From: a virus
DNA: 64,000 nucleotides
Strand: one strand, 5' to 3'
IMG/VR virus record: IMGVR_UViG_3300033121_001840
Coordinates: 17,652 to 81,651 of that record
A model generated the notes under the pieces. It did not search any database. It was given only the letters and a program-made list of their open reading frames with translations, and was not told the origin of the DNA. The translations under genes and the position numbers were made by a program. This document shows, piece after piece, positions 1 to 9,319 of the stretch (position 1 is the first letter of the stretch; each line of letters begins with the position of its first letter).

Positions 1-1
1 T

Positions 2-145
2 ATAATATGTCCTGATTCGATTAGGTGTGTAGAAGAAGCCGCTAAAAGAGGTTTTTCTTGTGCTTGTGTGGATAGTATGGGAAGGGACGCGATTGTTTAT
101 TGGCCGCATGTGGCTTCGCCAGGAATGGAGGAGAAAATAAAATAA
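2..145 (+). CDS. 3' end of a hypothetical protein entering from upstream
   Basis: Open frame IICPDSIRCVEEAAKRGFSC...EEKIK ending in TAA at 143-145. Confidence 0.55.
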   Translation: MICPDSIRCVEEAAKRGFSCACVDSMGRDAIVYWPHVASPGMEEKIK

Positions 146-409
146 TCTCCAAGGAAGTAGGATTAGAAGTGTCCATCTTTTAAAGAGTGGGCTTGCGAAA
201 AGTAAGTGATAGCGAGTTGTGAACGGCTCGCACAATGGCAGTGGAGTGGGCGTGAGTAAAAGTTGCGGGTTACCAACATTTGAGCAAAAACCCGATTTCC
301 CAACTAAAAAGTTGGTTTTGCTAACACCGTTGTTGGCTTGGCTGGCTGGCCTTCATTCGCGATAGTAAAGGTCAAACTTCCCTTTGGTCGAAAAACACAC
401 TTGGAGATT
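144..409 (+). ncRNA. Structured ncRNA mimicking the 23S rRNA L11-binding domain (H43/H44) with a large insert
   Basis: 10-bp closing stem AATCTCCAAG(144-153)/CTTGGAGATT(400-409); 154-186 matches E. coli 23S 1056-1088 (recalled) at 26/33 with compensatory changes; CACAC at 396-400 completes H44. Confidence 0.8.
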
Positions 410-415
410 TTTATT

Positions 416-472
416 AGCAGGGAAGGTATATCGTCGGGGGAACGTGAAAACGCGGCGATAACCTTCTCTGCT
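416..472 (+). other. Long RNA hairpin
   Basis: AGCAGGGAAGGT/ACCTTCTCTGCT outer stem and TATCGTCG/CGGCGATA inner stem. Confidence 0.6.
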
Positions 473-501
473 TATTTTACCTCAAAAAAAGAAAGGTTTT
501 T

Positions 502-933
502 ATGAACGAGTTAATACTGACCGATAAGCTAATGACTATAAGTATGCCCGTTGACATAACAAAAGAAATGGTTATGGATATGTTGGTTGACGCCTTGGAA
601 GAAGGAAGTAATTATTGGTATTCAAAAGCTCATTACATTCTTCCAGATGGGATTGAGTACGAAGACTTTCGACCTGATGGAAAGTTTGCTGATGTGAACA
701 AATACTACCATCCGCTTGAAATCGTCCCTTTTGTTCCTTCGTGCTACTTAACCGTTGAGGATGATGAAGGTAAGGTACACAAACTTGGTTTGGAAGAAAT
801 CGTTCGTGGATTGGAACTAATGAAGAACAAGCACACTCAGCATTGGCTGGATTTTGTGACAGGGAATGCTGACGCTGACACTGCGGATGTGTGGTTTCAA
901 CTGTGTTTGTTTGGTGAAGTTGTTTATGGGTGA
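502..933 (+). CDS. Hypothetical phage protein
   Basis: 143-aa ORF with RBS-like AAAGG; C-terminus DADTADVWFQLCLFGEVVYG resembles a phage orphan family. Confidence 0.75.
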   Translation: MNELILTDKLMTISMPVDITKEMVMDMLVDALEEGSNYWYSKAHYILPDGIEYEDFRPDGKFADVNKYYHPLEIVPFVPSCYLTVEDDEGKVHKLGLEEIVRGLELMKNKHTQHWLDFVTGNADADTADVWFQLCLFGEVVYG

Positions 934-1090
934 AAAACGTTTTTTTTATATTTTTGAACTACCTTCTTAGGAGTCAGCATGAATATCCTTTCTGAAAGTA
1001 CCATGACGTTTTTTATCTATTCGAGTTTTATTGTTGGCGGCTTGCTCGCTATTACTGATTTGATTGCTAAGAATCGACGATGAAGCAAGT

Positions 1091-1172
1091 GGCTCGGTAG
1101 CGCAACTGGAATGACGCAGGTCGCTTAAAACGACTGCCGAAAGGCGTGTGGGTTCGAATCCCACCCGAGCTA
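1091..1172 (+). tRNA. tRNA-Leu(TAA)
   Basis: Acceptor GGCTCGG/CCGAGCT, anticodon loop CTTAAAA, long variable arm GCCGAAAGGC, T-loop TTCGAAT; CCA not encoded. Confidence 0.9.
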
Positions 1173-1209
1173 GTCAAAACAAGTTTTCACGTTATACGAA
1201 CGGAGTTAG

Positions 1210-1429
1210 TATGCCAGTATCAGGACCAAATAAATACTTTTCCGACCAACGAGGTAGTGATGCAACAAAAAATATCCTTGAACTATTAAGTAAAGAATAT
1301 AACATTGAATCTCCTCATCTATGTCTACCACTATCAAAAAAGTTTAAGGAAGATTGGGATGAACAAGTTAAGAAACTGGAAGAAGTAGTAAAAGAGTTAG
1401 CTTGGATAGACGCTTGTGCGTCTTGGTAA
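1210..1429 (+). CDS. Hypothetical protein
   Basis: ORF-track frame; likely ATG near 1211 after GGAG. Confidence 0.5.
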
Positions 1430-1890
1430 GAAACAAAGTTTTTAATACGAACGGAGTGAGTATAATACAAATTTCCTTAAAACTCGTCGGTCCAGGTTTA
1501 GTAGTGAATCATCCAGCAGCCGTTATTTATGACGCCTTAGTTAAGGCTGGGTACAATGTTGCTCTTGAAGAGTTTGATGGCCAGTTTCAGTATAAGGACA
1601 AGAGTGATTGGCCGAGGAACGAACTTGAACCGAAAAAATTGGTCAAAAACTTTAATATAGAGTTTGAAGTTGAAGCCTGTCCATAGGGAGGATAAAATGA
1701 AAGTCAAACTAAGTCCTTTTGCTGTTGAATTATTGATATGTATCTATGACCACTGCGGTGAACCAGATAGCTTCTGGGTTCCTCCAGGTGGATATAAAAT
1801 ATCTTGGTTACCAACTCTTAACAGGAGTCTTTTTCCTGGTTGCTACCAAGGCGGGTTCACGCCCCACTTCGTGCAGTTGGAGAACCAAGC

Positions 1891-2103
1891 ATGACCACGA
1901 AAAAATGCGAAAATTGCGGTGGTAGCGACTTGCAATGGTATGTAAGTACCGTTGGACCGCGAGATGTACAAGATGGTCGCATAAGGATGAGTGAAGTTAG
2001 CCCAATTGCTTACTTGGCGTGCGAAGAATGTAGCGAAACGATTCAAATTATTCAAGAAGACGAAATTAACAGAATGCTAAATACGTGCAAAAAGGAGTCT
2101 TAA
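1891..2103 (+). CDS. Small Zn-ribbon protein
   Basis: CENCG and CEECS pairs; ATG at 1891. Confidence 0.6.
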   Translation: MTTKKCENCGGSDLQWYVSTVGPRDVQDGRIRMSEVSPIAYLACEECSETIQIIQEDEINRMLNTCKKES

Positions 2104-2459
2104 ATGTTAGCTTTAGACACTTCTTCGGATTGGCTAAGAACTTGCCAAGAATCCAAAACAACGATGGTTTTTGTTGCTTCATGATATTGCTAACCAAATC
2201 TCGTATATGACTCCCCATGCTGAGCCGGTGAAAGAGCTTAGAAGTATGGCTGAATTATTGATAAGCCAAGCAGACGTATTGTATTCGGCTGTATCAATAA
2301 AGTCATACAATGACTTAAAGGAAGCCAAAGAAGGTGCAGCGACTATGTTAAAAGCAGCACTATCGGGCTGTATCCATCCACCAGGAACTAAGTGAGCAGG
2401 GAAGTGTTACAGAAGATAAAACTAATATTTTTACGTCGAAGACGTGAGGTACTCCGAAC

Positions 2460-2783
2460 ATGCCAACTACCAATCCAACTGGTTATGAAACGTATATTTA
2501 TACTCACAGACAATACACGATAGGTATCGAAGACAATCGTCAATATCGCGGAAAATTACATGAACCAAAGGATTTGCCTAAACCAGAAAAATTTGGTGAC
2601 GACAGTCCGTACATTATGATTGAGCCATCTTATGCATTTAATTCGGATGATGTCTTTATCATGATTAAAGGCGGCACTACACTTAAACTATCAAGAATTA
2701 TAGCGGAACAACTTCGTGACGCCCTAGAGAGGGTTTGTCAGAAGCCGAAACAAACCAACCGCGAGGGAACCGAGCGTGAGTGA
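2460..2783 (+). CDS. Hypothetical protein
   Basis: 107-aa ORF with GAGG RBS. Confidence 0.6.
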   Translation: MPTTNPTGYETYIYTHRQYTIGIEDNRQYRGKLHEPKDLPKPEKFGDDSPYIMIEPSYAFNSDDVFIMIKGGTTLKLSRIIAEQLRDALERVCQKPKQTNREGTERE

Positions 2784-3054
2784 AAACCACGGTAGAAACT
2801 CCATCCAAAAACGAAAACTAAAGCAGCGTCTATTCGGCGGCATGTTTCAAAAACCATGCTGCTTTTGTCGCCGTAAATTAACCATGTCTTCCGCCACATT
2901 GGAACATATTGTTCCTTTGTCGAAAGGTGGCGGATGGAACATCGATAACCTTCGGTTATCATGTGATAACTGTAATTCTTGCAGGTCGAACGAAGAATTT
3001 TTTGTTTATAAAAAATATATGGAAAGGGTTTTACAGGTGATGAAATGCTCGTGA
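2776..3054 (+). CDS. HNH endonuclease
   Basis: CCFC...TLEHIVPLSKGG...NLRLSCDNCN motif. Confidence 0.85.
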   Translation: MSENHGRNSIQKRKLKQRLFGGMFQKPCCFCRRKLTMSSATLEHIVPLSKGGGWNIDNLRLSCDNCNSCRSNEEFFVYKKYMERVLQVMKCS

Positions 3055-3281
3055 TTATAGAACAAAGTGTCCTGACGGACTTTTACAAGCTGAAGACTGA
3101 GATAAAAATTCTTTTGGATGAGCTTGAGGGTTATTTATCCGACCCACCCTTGGTTTACAATTGGCGATTAAGTGATTCTGTAAAAAGAATTGAAAAGCTT
3201 ACTTGTGAGGGAACCAATCATGGCTAAGTTATCAGAGAGCTTATCAAGATACCGTAATGGCCATTTTTCTGAAAAATACCC

Positions 3282-3309
3282 TTGATGTAGGCACAACCTA
3301 TGGTATAAT
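3282..3309 (+). promoter_or_regulatory. Sigma70-type promoter
   Basis: TTGATG-16-TATAAT with extended -10 TG. Confidence 0.6.
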
Positions 3310-3457
3310 GAGTCAACCACTTAAAAAGGCTTGGGTTAATGGAAGAAGTTGTTTGTTTGAAACCTGGAACAAAAGTGACCATCTACGGTGAGCTTCAAGG
3401 CTGGGTTGTCTCGACTTTACTAAGCTTACATCACCCCAAACACACAAGGACTAATTT

Positions 3458-3730
3458 ATGAGCGAAAAACATTTTAAGTTCATCAAAATCGAAGTTGCTC
3501 GCACTGAGACGACCGACCTTTATATAAAGGTTCCCGAAGATTTTAATATTCAGGATGTCCACAAAAAGGAGTTTCGTGAAGAACTAGCTTTCATTGCAGA
3601 TGACACCACTGATGATATGGATTGGTCATTAGAAGATGAAATCCACATTATGGGTATCAGACATGTCGGAGAGAAGGAAGCAAGCGAATTTTGTGTCGGC
3701 GAATTTGAATGCTTAAGGGAGAATATATAA
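3458..3730 (+). CDS. Hypothetical acidic protein
   Basis: 90-aa ORF with AAGGA RBS. Confidence 0.6.
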   Translation: MSEKHFKFIKIEVARTETTDLYIKVPEDFNIQDVHKKEFREELAFIADDTTDDMDWSLEDEIHIMGIRHVGEKEASEFCVGEFECLRENI

Positions 3731-3904
3731 AATGCTTTTATATACATTAGGATTAATGTTAAGTCCGGTGATTATAGCTTACTATTCGATACATGGCCCA
3801 GAATGGTACGTGGAAAACTGGTGGATTGGGTCTTGCTTTACAATCATTAACGTTTTAGGAATTACATCTTCCGTTTCGGAAGAAAAGGAAAAGGAAGAAT
3901 AATC

Positions 3905-4807
3905 ATGAAAAAAATCACCGCTTGTATTCTCATGTTTGCGTTTTCTTCGGTAGTGTCAGCACAGACATACGCTCGGGTTAACCTTAGCGGTGGAGTTTCA
4001 CTAGCTGGGCAAATCAAGAACGACACCGTTCCGGTTAAAACGAAGTACGGCGTCCTTCAGGTGCCAATCGGAGATATCTACAGTATTTCCTTCGGTCTAC
4101 ATTACGAAGATGGGCAGAAAGAGGTTATTGAGTCGCTTATTAAGCAACTTGACAATCCTTCTTTCAAACTTCGCGACGAAGCGACAAAATCACTTATCCA
4201 GCACGGACAGCACGTAATACCTTTCCTGCGTACTCTTCCAAGTAATGCAGAGGCTAATAAGCGAATGGAAGCTATCGAAAGCGAAATTCGCTCAAAGACA
4301 AAAAACTTTCTTTTGGAATATGACACCATCCAAACTCGCTTTATGGAGATTAAAGGTGAGATTCAACTAAGTACATTCGAGCTATCCTGCCACCATAAAG
4401 AACTTGGTACGATTAAGCCAAAATTGGTCAACATTCAAAGCTTGTTCGTTCGAAGCTCGTTTCAAACGATTGATTTGGAGGTTCGCGATGATTGGCTCAT
4501 GACGACTTTCTATGTTGCGGAGGGCTCGACTGTAAATATCGCCGCAACTGGATTGATTGACCTTCATCCGGCAAGCGGTGGTCAATATACATCATCTCCT
4601 AAAGGATACGGGTCTACTACAGGCAAGGGTGGTAGATGGATTGCTGGCTCTCTAATGGGTCGAATTGGTAATGGTGAGGAATTCTACATTGGAGAAAGTT
4701 TTTCCGCTACATCATCAAAAAGTGGCACTCTTTACTTGCGAATTATTGATAATCCATGGAACAGTCCAAATGTGGGGCGATACACAATCAATATTAAAAA
4801 TGAGTAG
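3905..4807 (+). CDS. Secreted protein with HEAT-like helical segment and C-terminal LecA/PA-IL-like lectin fold
   Basis: Signal peptide; LIKQLDNPSFKLRDEATKSL helix; C-terminal GSLMGRIG..FYIG..SGTLYLRI.D..N.G pattern. Confidence 0.55.
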   Translation: MKKITACILMFAFSSVVSAQTYARVNLSGGVSLAGQIKNDTVPVKTKYGVLQVPIGDIYSISFGLHYEDGQKEVIESLIKQLDNPSFKLRDEATKSLIQHGQHVIPFLRTLPSNAEANKRMEAIESEIRSKTKNFLLEYDTIQTRFMEIKGEIQLSTFELSCHHKELGTIKPKLVNIQSLFVRSSFQTIDLEVRDDWLMTTFYVAEGSTVNIAATGLIDLHPASGGQYTSSPKGYGSTTGKGGRWIAGSLMGRIGNGEEFYIGESFSATSSKSGTLYLRIIDNPWNSPNVGRYTINIKNE

Positions 4808-5040
4808 TCTATGGAAGCTAATGAGGCTTTGGCTCACGTTTTACTAGCCGGAATAATCGGTGAAGAAGATGGCGAGTTTGTAACAAAAACAGTTTTTGAT
4901 AAAAATGGCGAACCTCACTGGGTGACCTGGAAATCAAAAGAAGTATCTACTTGCACTCCTGAATTGCGTTCAGAATGTGCTAATCCATTCTCATTTTTCA
5001 ACGGACCATACAGCGATAAACTTAAAATATAAGGGGTAAA

Positions 5041-5220
5041 ATGAAAACGTTTTTTTTGAAAGTTTGTGTGAAATATTCCATGCGGTTTTTGTTATAAACC
5101 GCCGCACACTTTATTATTGATTGGGCTAAATGTGAAAATTTTACTGGGATTCATGCAGACCAGGCGTTGCACGTAGGCTGTAAGGTGGCTTGGTTAACAA
5201 TCCTGTATTTACTGAGTTAG
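5041..5220 (+). pseudogene. Truncated DUF3307-like membrane protein remnant
   Basis: HFIIDWAKC...DQALH motif in frame with ATG 5041 but with in-frame TAA at 5095-5097. Confidence 0.45.
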
Positions 5221-5244
5221 CATTCTATTTAGCAGGAGAGAGGT

Positions 5245-6222
5245 ATGTTAGATATAACCAGATTCTGTGACCAGTCTGATGGACTAAAGAAAATTTCGAT
5301 GATTCGTGATGAAGCCGACCGAGTTACTAAATTCGTCTATGAGTGGCCCGACGCAGTAGCAGAAGCAGTCCTATACCGTTACCCAGATTACCAAACACGA
5401 ACGGTCATTTGCTGCTCGACTCAATCAGGCTGTCCAATCGGATGTCGTTTTTGTGGTGCTGGTGACTATTTTGTTCGTTCTCTTACTGAAGATGAAATTG
5501 TGTTCCAGGCGAAGCATTGCATCGAGCAAACTGGCATTCAAGCAGACGAAATGAATCGGTTGCAAATCATGTTTATGTCTATGGGTGAGCCGCTTTTAAA
5601 CTTAAAAAATCTGGTTCCAGCGATTCGTCGCCTTTACGCTCTCTATCCTAAAGCTTCCCTGCTTATTTCTACCTCTGCTCCAGACGTGGATTTTGAGCCT
5701 CTTACTCGCGTCAGCATTGAGGTGCCAACGGTCGGTCTTCAGTTTAGCGTGCATGAGTCTACCGACGAAGCCCGAAATAAGCTGATTCCATTTAAGAACA
5801 AGCTTTCGCTCGCTCAGATTTCAAGAGAGGGAAGTGATTGGTTTTACCAAGTTGACCGTAAACCGTTTTTTAACTACTGTGTTCACGACGCCAACGGTAC
5901 TGACGATGACGCTCAACGCTTATTTAGTCTGTTCGACCCGAACATCTGGAATGCTACCGTGTCGGTTATCTGCGAGAGGTCTAATGGGTTTACAACTTCA
6001 AATGAACATCAACGAAAACTAGCGGTAGATTTCTCCAAAAAACTTCTTTTGTTTGGGTTTGATGTTAGGGTTTTCGACCCTGCTGGCCAAGACACAATCG
6101 GTGGTGGCTGCGGTCAATTAAGGTTTGTTCAAGATTGGTTGCGAACTCATCCCGAGCGGGCTCGCCCCTCAATTGGGTTTAATCTTCCAGTTATTCATTC
6201 TCCTTGCGTGAGCCAAAAATGA
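5245..6222 (+). CDS. RlmN/Cfr-family radical SAM RNA methyltransferase-like protein
   Basis: CPIGCRFC cluster motif, MSMGEP, C-terminal GGGCGQL. Confidence 0.85.
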   Translation: MLDITRFCDQSDGLKKISMIRDEADRVTKFVYEWPDAVAEAVLYRYPDYQTRTVICCSTQSGCPIGCRFCGAGDYFVRSLTEDEIVFQAKHCIEQTGIQADEMNRLQIMFMSMGEPLLNLKNLVPAIRRLYALYPKASLLISTSAPDVDFEPLTRVSIEVPTVGLQFSVHESTDEARNKLIPFKNKLSLAQISREGSDWFYQVDRKPFFNYCVHDANGTDDDAQRLFSLFDPNIWNATVSVICERSNGFTTSNEHQRKLAVDFSKKLLLFGFDVRVFDPAGQDTIGGGCGQLRFVQDWLRTHPERARPSIGFNLPVIHSPCVSQK

Positions 6223-6322
6223 AATTTATCGAATTATCAAATTATGGAAAATTGGTAATTTTTTGAAAGATGAATGATTTTGTCCTCGAATTGAGTTTGC
6301 GTCTAATTAGCAGGAAAGGTAA

Positions 6323-6868
6323 ATGTTTATGAAGCCTGAATACGAAGAAAACTTCGTTCTTAATCCTAATACAGCGTTGCAACACCTTCTGAGCCTTGGC
6401 TGGTTGAGCATGACAGAAGCTCGCCAGGAATATTTTATGTCTGATGTGCCTCGTTCATACACCTACGGTTCACCGCCATTTGACCGTGAATATCACTCAA
6501 GCGAATATTCAAAAGAAGTTCTTGATATTCTACTTGACTTAAATGCTGGATTTGGAACGAACTACAATGTTTGTTTCCTAAATAGGTACAATAATCAAAA
6601 GAACCAACTTGGTTGGCATGCTGACGATAGTCCGACTATGGATAAGAACCATCCAATTGCAGTGGTTTCATTTGGAGCAGAAAGGGAAATTTGGTGGAAG
6701 AAAAAGGGTGAGACCGGAAAAGTTCCTGTGGAGCAACGACAATTGCTAAAAAACGGCTCGTTATTCATTATGCCTGCTGGATTTCAGAATGGCTATCTTC
6801 ATCGCATTCCGAAGGCCGACCGAGAAGTTGGAGTGCGTATCAGCTTAACGTTCAGGAGATACCTGTAA
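6323..6868 (+). CDS. AlkB-family 2OG-Fe(II) dioxygenase
   Basis: LNRY, WHAD, HRIPK, RISLTFR motifs. Confidence 0.9.
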   Translation: MFMKPEYEENFVLNPNTALQHLLSLGWLSMTEARQEYFMSDVPRSYTYGSPPFDREYHSSEYSKEVLDILLDLNAGFGTNYNVCFLNRYNNQKNQLGWHADDSPTMDKNHPIAVVSFGAEREIWWKKKGETGKVPVEQRQLLKNGSLFIMPAGFQNGYLHRIPKADREVGVRISLTFRRYL

Positions 6869-7317
6869 TGAACCGTCCAAAAGTTGGTTTTACTGGAACG
6901 CGATTTGGAATGACATGTAACCAACAAGAACTTTTTGGTTCGTTGTTAGCATCATTTAATCCAGTTGAATTTCATCATGGAGACTGCATTGGAAGTGATG
7001 ACCAAGCGGCGAATATTGCTCATAAACTGAAAGTTCCTGTGTTCAAACATCCGCCACTCGATACATCGCTACAAGCCAACAATCCCTTTTCAACCAAAAC
7101 TTTCCCTGCTAAAACGCACTTTGCCAGAAACAGGGATATAGTTGATAGTACAAGCATTTTAGTTGCTGCTCCGTACACCATGGAGCGACAATCATTTGGC
7201 GGGACATGGTACACGATAGATTACGCAAAGAAAAAACAAAAAACTGTTTTTATAATTTGGCCCGATGGAAAAGTAACCAAATTTGAAGAAGGATGGGAAT
7301 ATGACTACATCACATGA
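6868..7317 (+). CDS. SLOG/DprA-like Rossmann protein
   Basis: GFTGTR, HHGDCIGSD, RNRDIVD, GGTWYTI motifs. Confidence 0.7.
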   Translation: MNRPKVGFTGTRFGMTCNQQELFGSLLASFNPVEFHHGDCIGSDDQAANIAHKLKVPVFKHPPLDTSLQANNPFSTKTFPAKTHFARNRDIVDSTSILVAAPYTMERQSFGGTWYTIDYAKKKQKTVFIIWPDGKVTKFEEGWEYDYIT

Positions 7318-7478
7318 ATTTGCAACTTTTTTTGCCACGTTTATAGTTGGAATCTTAATTGGTGGTGGTGTTACGCTGCTTTTTTGGGAATATTCAGATT
7401 TACTAATGGAGAAGATGTATTCAAAAGTAGTTATGGATTTAGAACAAAAACATAAGCAAGAATTGGAAGAGGTGAAAT

Positions 7479-7679
7479 ATGTTCAAGGGTACGACGCAGG
7501 AGTTGGCTCAAAAACTGAAGATTGATTATAATACGGCTGCTGGCCTTATTACCTTTCTTAGAATTAAAGGTAAGATTCGCGAAGAAGGCGTCATTAAGAA
7601 AGATGGTCAAAAAAGAGGACGTGGGCAGAATATTATTTCGTTTGACACGCCCGTTTTAATTGATTGCGAGGAGTTTTGA
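7479..7679 (+). CDS. Small winged-helix-like protein
   Basis: TTQELAQKLKIDY helix pattern, basic C-terminus. Confidence 0.45.
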   Translation: MFKGTTQELAQKLKIDYNTAAGLITFLRIKGKIREEGVIKKDGQKRGRGQNIISFDTPVLIDCEEF

Positions 7680-7940
7680 ATGACTAACTTAGAAAATATG
7701 ATTAAGCACTATACTAAAGAAGCCAAGAAGAATCCTGCTCCAACTGCTGCCGCTTACGCTTGTGGGGTGGCTCACACTCTCGCTTCCATTAAGGAAGTGA
7801 GAGATGGTCTAATGGCTGAAGCCAAAGAGTTGTGGAAAACCAGGAAGAAATCTAAGGCAATCGAAGAGCGAGTGCGCTCGGTCGAATTGATTGAAGCGAT
7901 TATTGAACGGATTGACGAGATGCGTGACCCACAGGAGTGA
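7680..7940 (+). CDS. Hypothetical protein
   Basis: 86-aa helical ORF after GAGGAG. Confidence 0.6.
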   Translation: MTNLENMIKHYTKEAKKNPAPTAAAYACGVAHTLASIKEVRDGLMAEAKELWKTRKKSKAIEERVRSVELIEAIIERIDEMRDPQE

Positions 7941-7964
7941 GCTTCGCCCACTCCATTTAAGACT

Positions 7965-8032
7965 AACCGTGGGAGTAAAAAGGTAGGACTTTTACAAACA
8001 TAGCTTTCCGCCGTGTTGAAGCTCCCACGGTT
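7965..8032 (+). other. Intergenic structured element
   Basis: Perfect 11-bp stem AACCGTGGGAG/CTCCCACGGTT enclosing smaller hairpins, followed by TTTT. Confidence 0.5.
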
Positions 8033-8281
8033 TTATTTTGAGGTAGAATATGTATCTTTTAGTTTTTGGTGACAGGACGTGTAGACAGGTTAGTGAGAAC
8101 CTAACGATGATGGATTACATGGCTGCGGCTCAAGGAATTAGTCAGATTTTTCGGTTTCGCGAAGATAAGTTTGAGAGATTGATTTTTGATAAGGAAAAAC
8201 CTTTTTGGGTTCCCGTAAGACAGTCTGGTGTGCTTGCTTGTGAAGGGCATGTTCTTAATTATTAATGAGAGCGGAGCGAAC

Positions 8282-9319
8282 ATGAGAATAGCAATTATTG
8301 GAGCGGGTTGGTTCGGTTGCCACATTGCAACTTCGTTGCTCCGAGACGGACACGACATTACGGTTTTTGAACGGAACTCGGATATATTTCTTGGAGCTTC
8401 CGGTAACAACCAAAACCGCCTCCATCTCGGCTTTCATTATCCACGGTCATGGCAGACTCGGGCTGAGATTATTAATAATCACGACAGGTTTTTAAGTGAA
8501 TATCCAACTCGTGAAATCGAAAATAATTTTTTTGCTATATCGACAGAGTCTTCGATTGATTTTGACTCTTATATTGCAATAATGGAGTCGCAAGGAATTC
8601 TTAATGAAGACGTTGCAAAATACCTACACGCTCCAAAGTACGGCATACAGAACGTCGAGCGTGGAATTGTCATAAAAACTAAAGAGAGGTTGATTAATAC
8701 GGAAAGTGCCAAACGAAGGTTTCTTTATGAATTAAAAAATAAAATTCAGTTTGAAGTAAAGGTTAAAGTATGCGGTAATCCGCAAATGGGAATTATACAA
8801 CATGGTTCATGGCTAGAGAATCATGAGGTATTCGACGCGGTCGTTGATTGTACTGGCGGCGAATTAGACCCGAATGAAAAAATCTTTTTTGAACCAGCAG
8901 TAATGGCTGAGTATGAAGGCCCACAGGAACACTTTGCGTTGACAGTAATGGATGGCCCCTTTCCCTGCTTATATCCAACTTGCGAACCAGGTGTATGGCG
9001 AGTTAGCCACGTCGCCCACACTGCCCGAGGCTGTTTTGACACTTACGCTAAAGCTGAAAGGGTTTTGCAAAATCTGAACGTTGAACAGATAACCAATGAT
9101 ATGAGCGAGGCCATGTCACATTACTATCCAGACTTCCTCAAAATATTTAAGCCGAAATACTCTTTGATTAAAGCTGTCAGGACCAAGCTTAAAAACAATA
9201 ACGCTTCGCGGGAGTGCTACATTCGAGAAGACGGTAGGGTATGTCGCGTCTATAGTGGAAAAATTTGTTCAGTCTTTATTGCTGAAAGTAGAGTGAAAAA
9301 ATGGCTCCAAACGCTTTGA
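8282..9319 (+). CDS. FAD-dependent oxidoreductase (DAO-like)
   Basis: MRIAIIGAGWFG dinucleotide-binding motif; GASGNNQNRLHLGFHYPRS. Confidence 0.85.
   Translation: MRIAIIGAGWFGCHIATSLLRDGHDITVFERNSDIFLGASGNNQNRLHLGFHYPRSWQTRAEIINNHDRFLSEYPTREIENNFFAISTESSIDFDSYIAIMESQGILNEDVAKYLHAPKYGIQNVERGIVIKTKERLINTESAKRRFLYELKNKIQFEVKVKVCGNPQMGIIQHGSWLENHEVFDAVVDCTGGELDPNEKIFFEPAVMAEYEGPQEHFALTVMDGPFPCLYPTCEPGVWRVSHVAHTARGCFDTYAKAERVLQNLNVEQITNDMSEAMSHYYPDFLKIFKPKYSLIKAVRTKLKNNNASRECYIREDGRVCRVYSGKICSVFIAESRVKKWLQTL

Noticed and set aside
144..409. Genuine 23S rRNA gene or host contamination
   Set aside because: Similarity is confined to H43/H44, is interrupted by ~206 nt, and is flanked by phage ORFs
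1684..1695. TAG where Trp might be expected (CP-stop-GG-stop), hinting at amber recoding
   Set aside because: Isolated case; long conserved genes have no internal TAG, and TAG ends rsr, vWA and glmS normally
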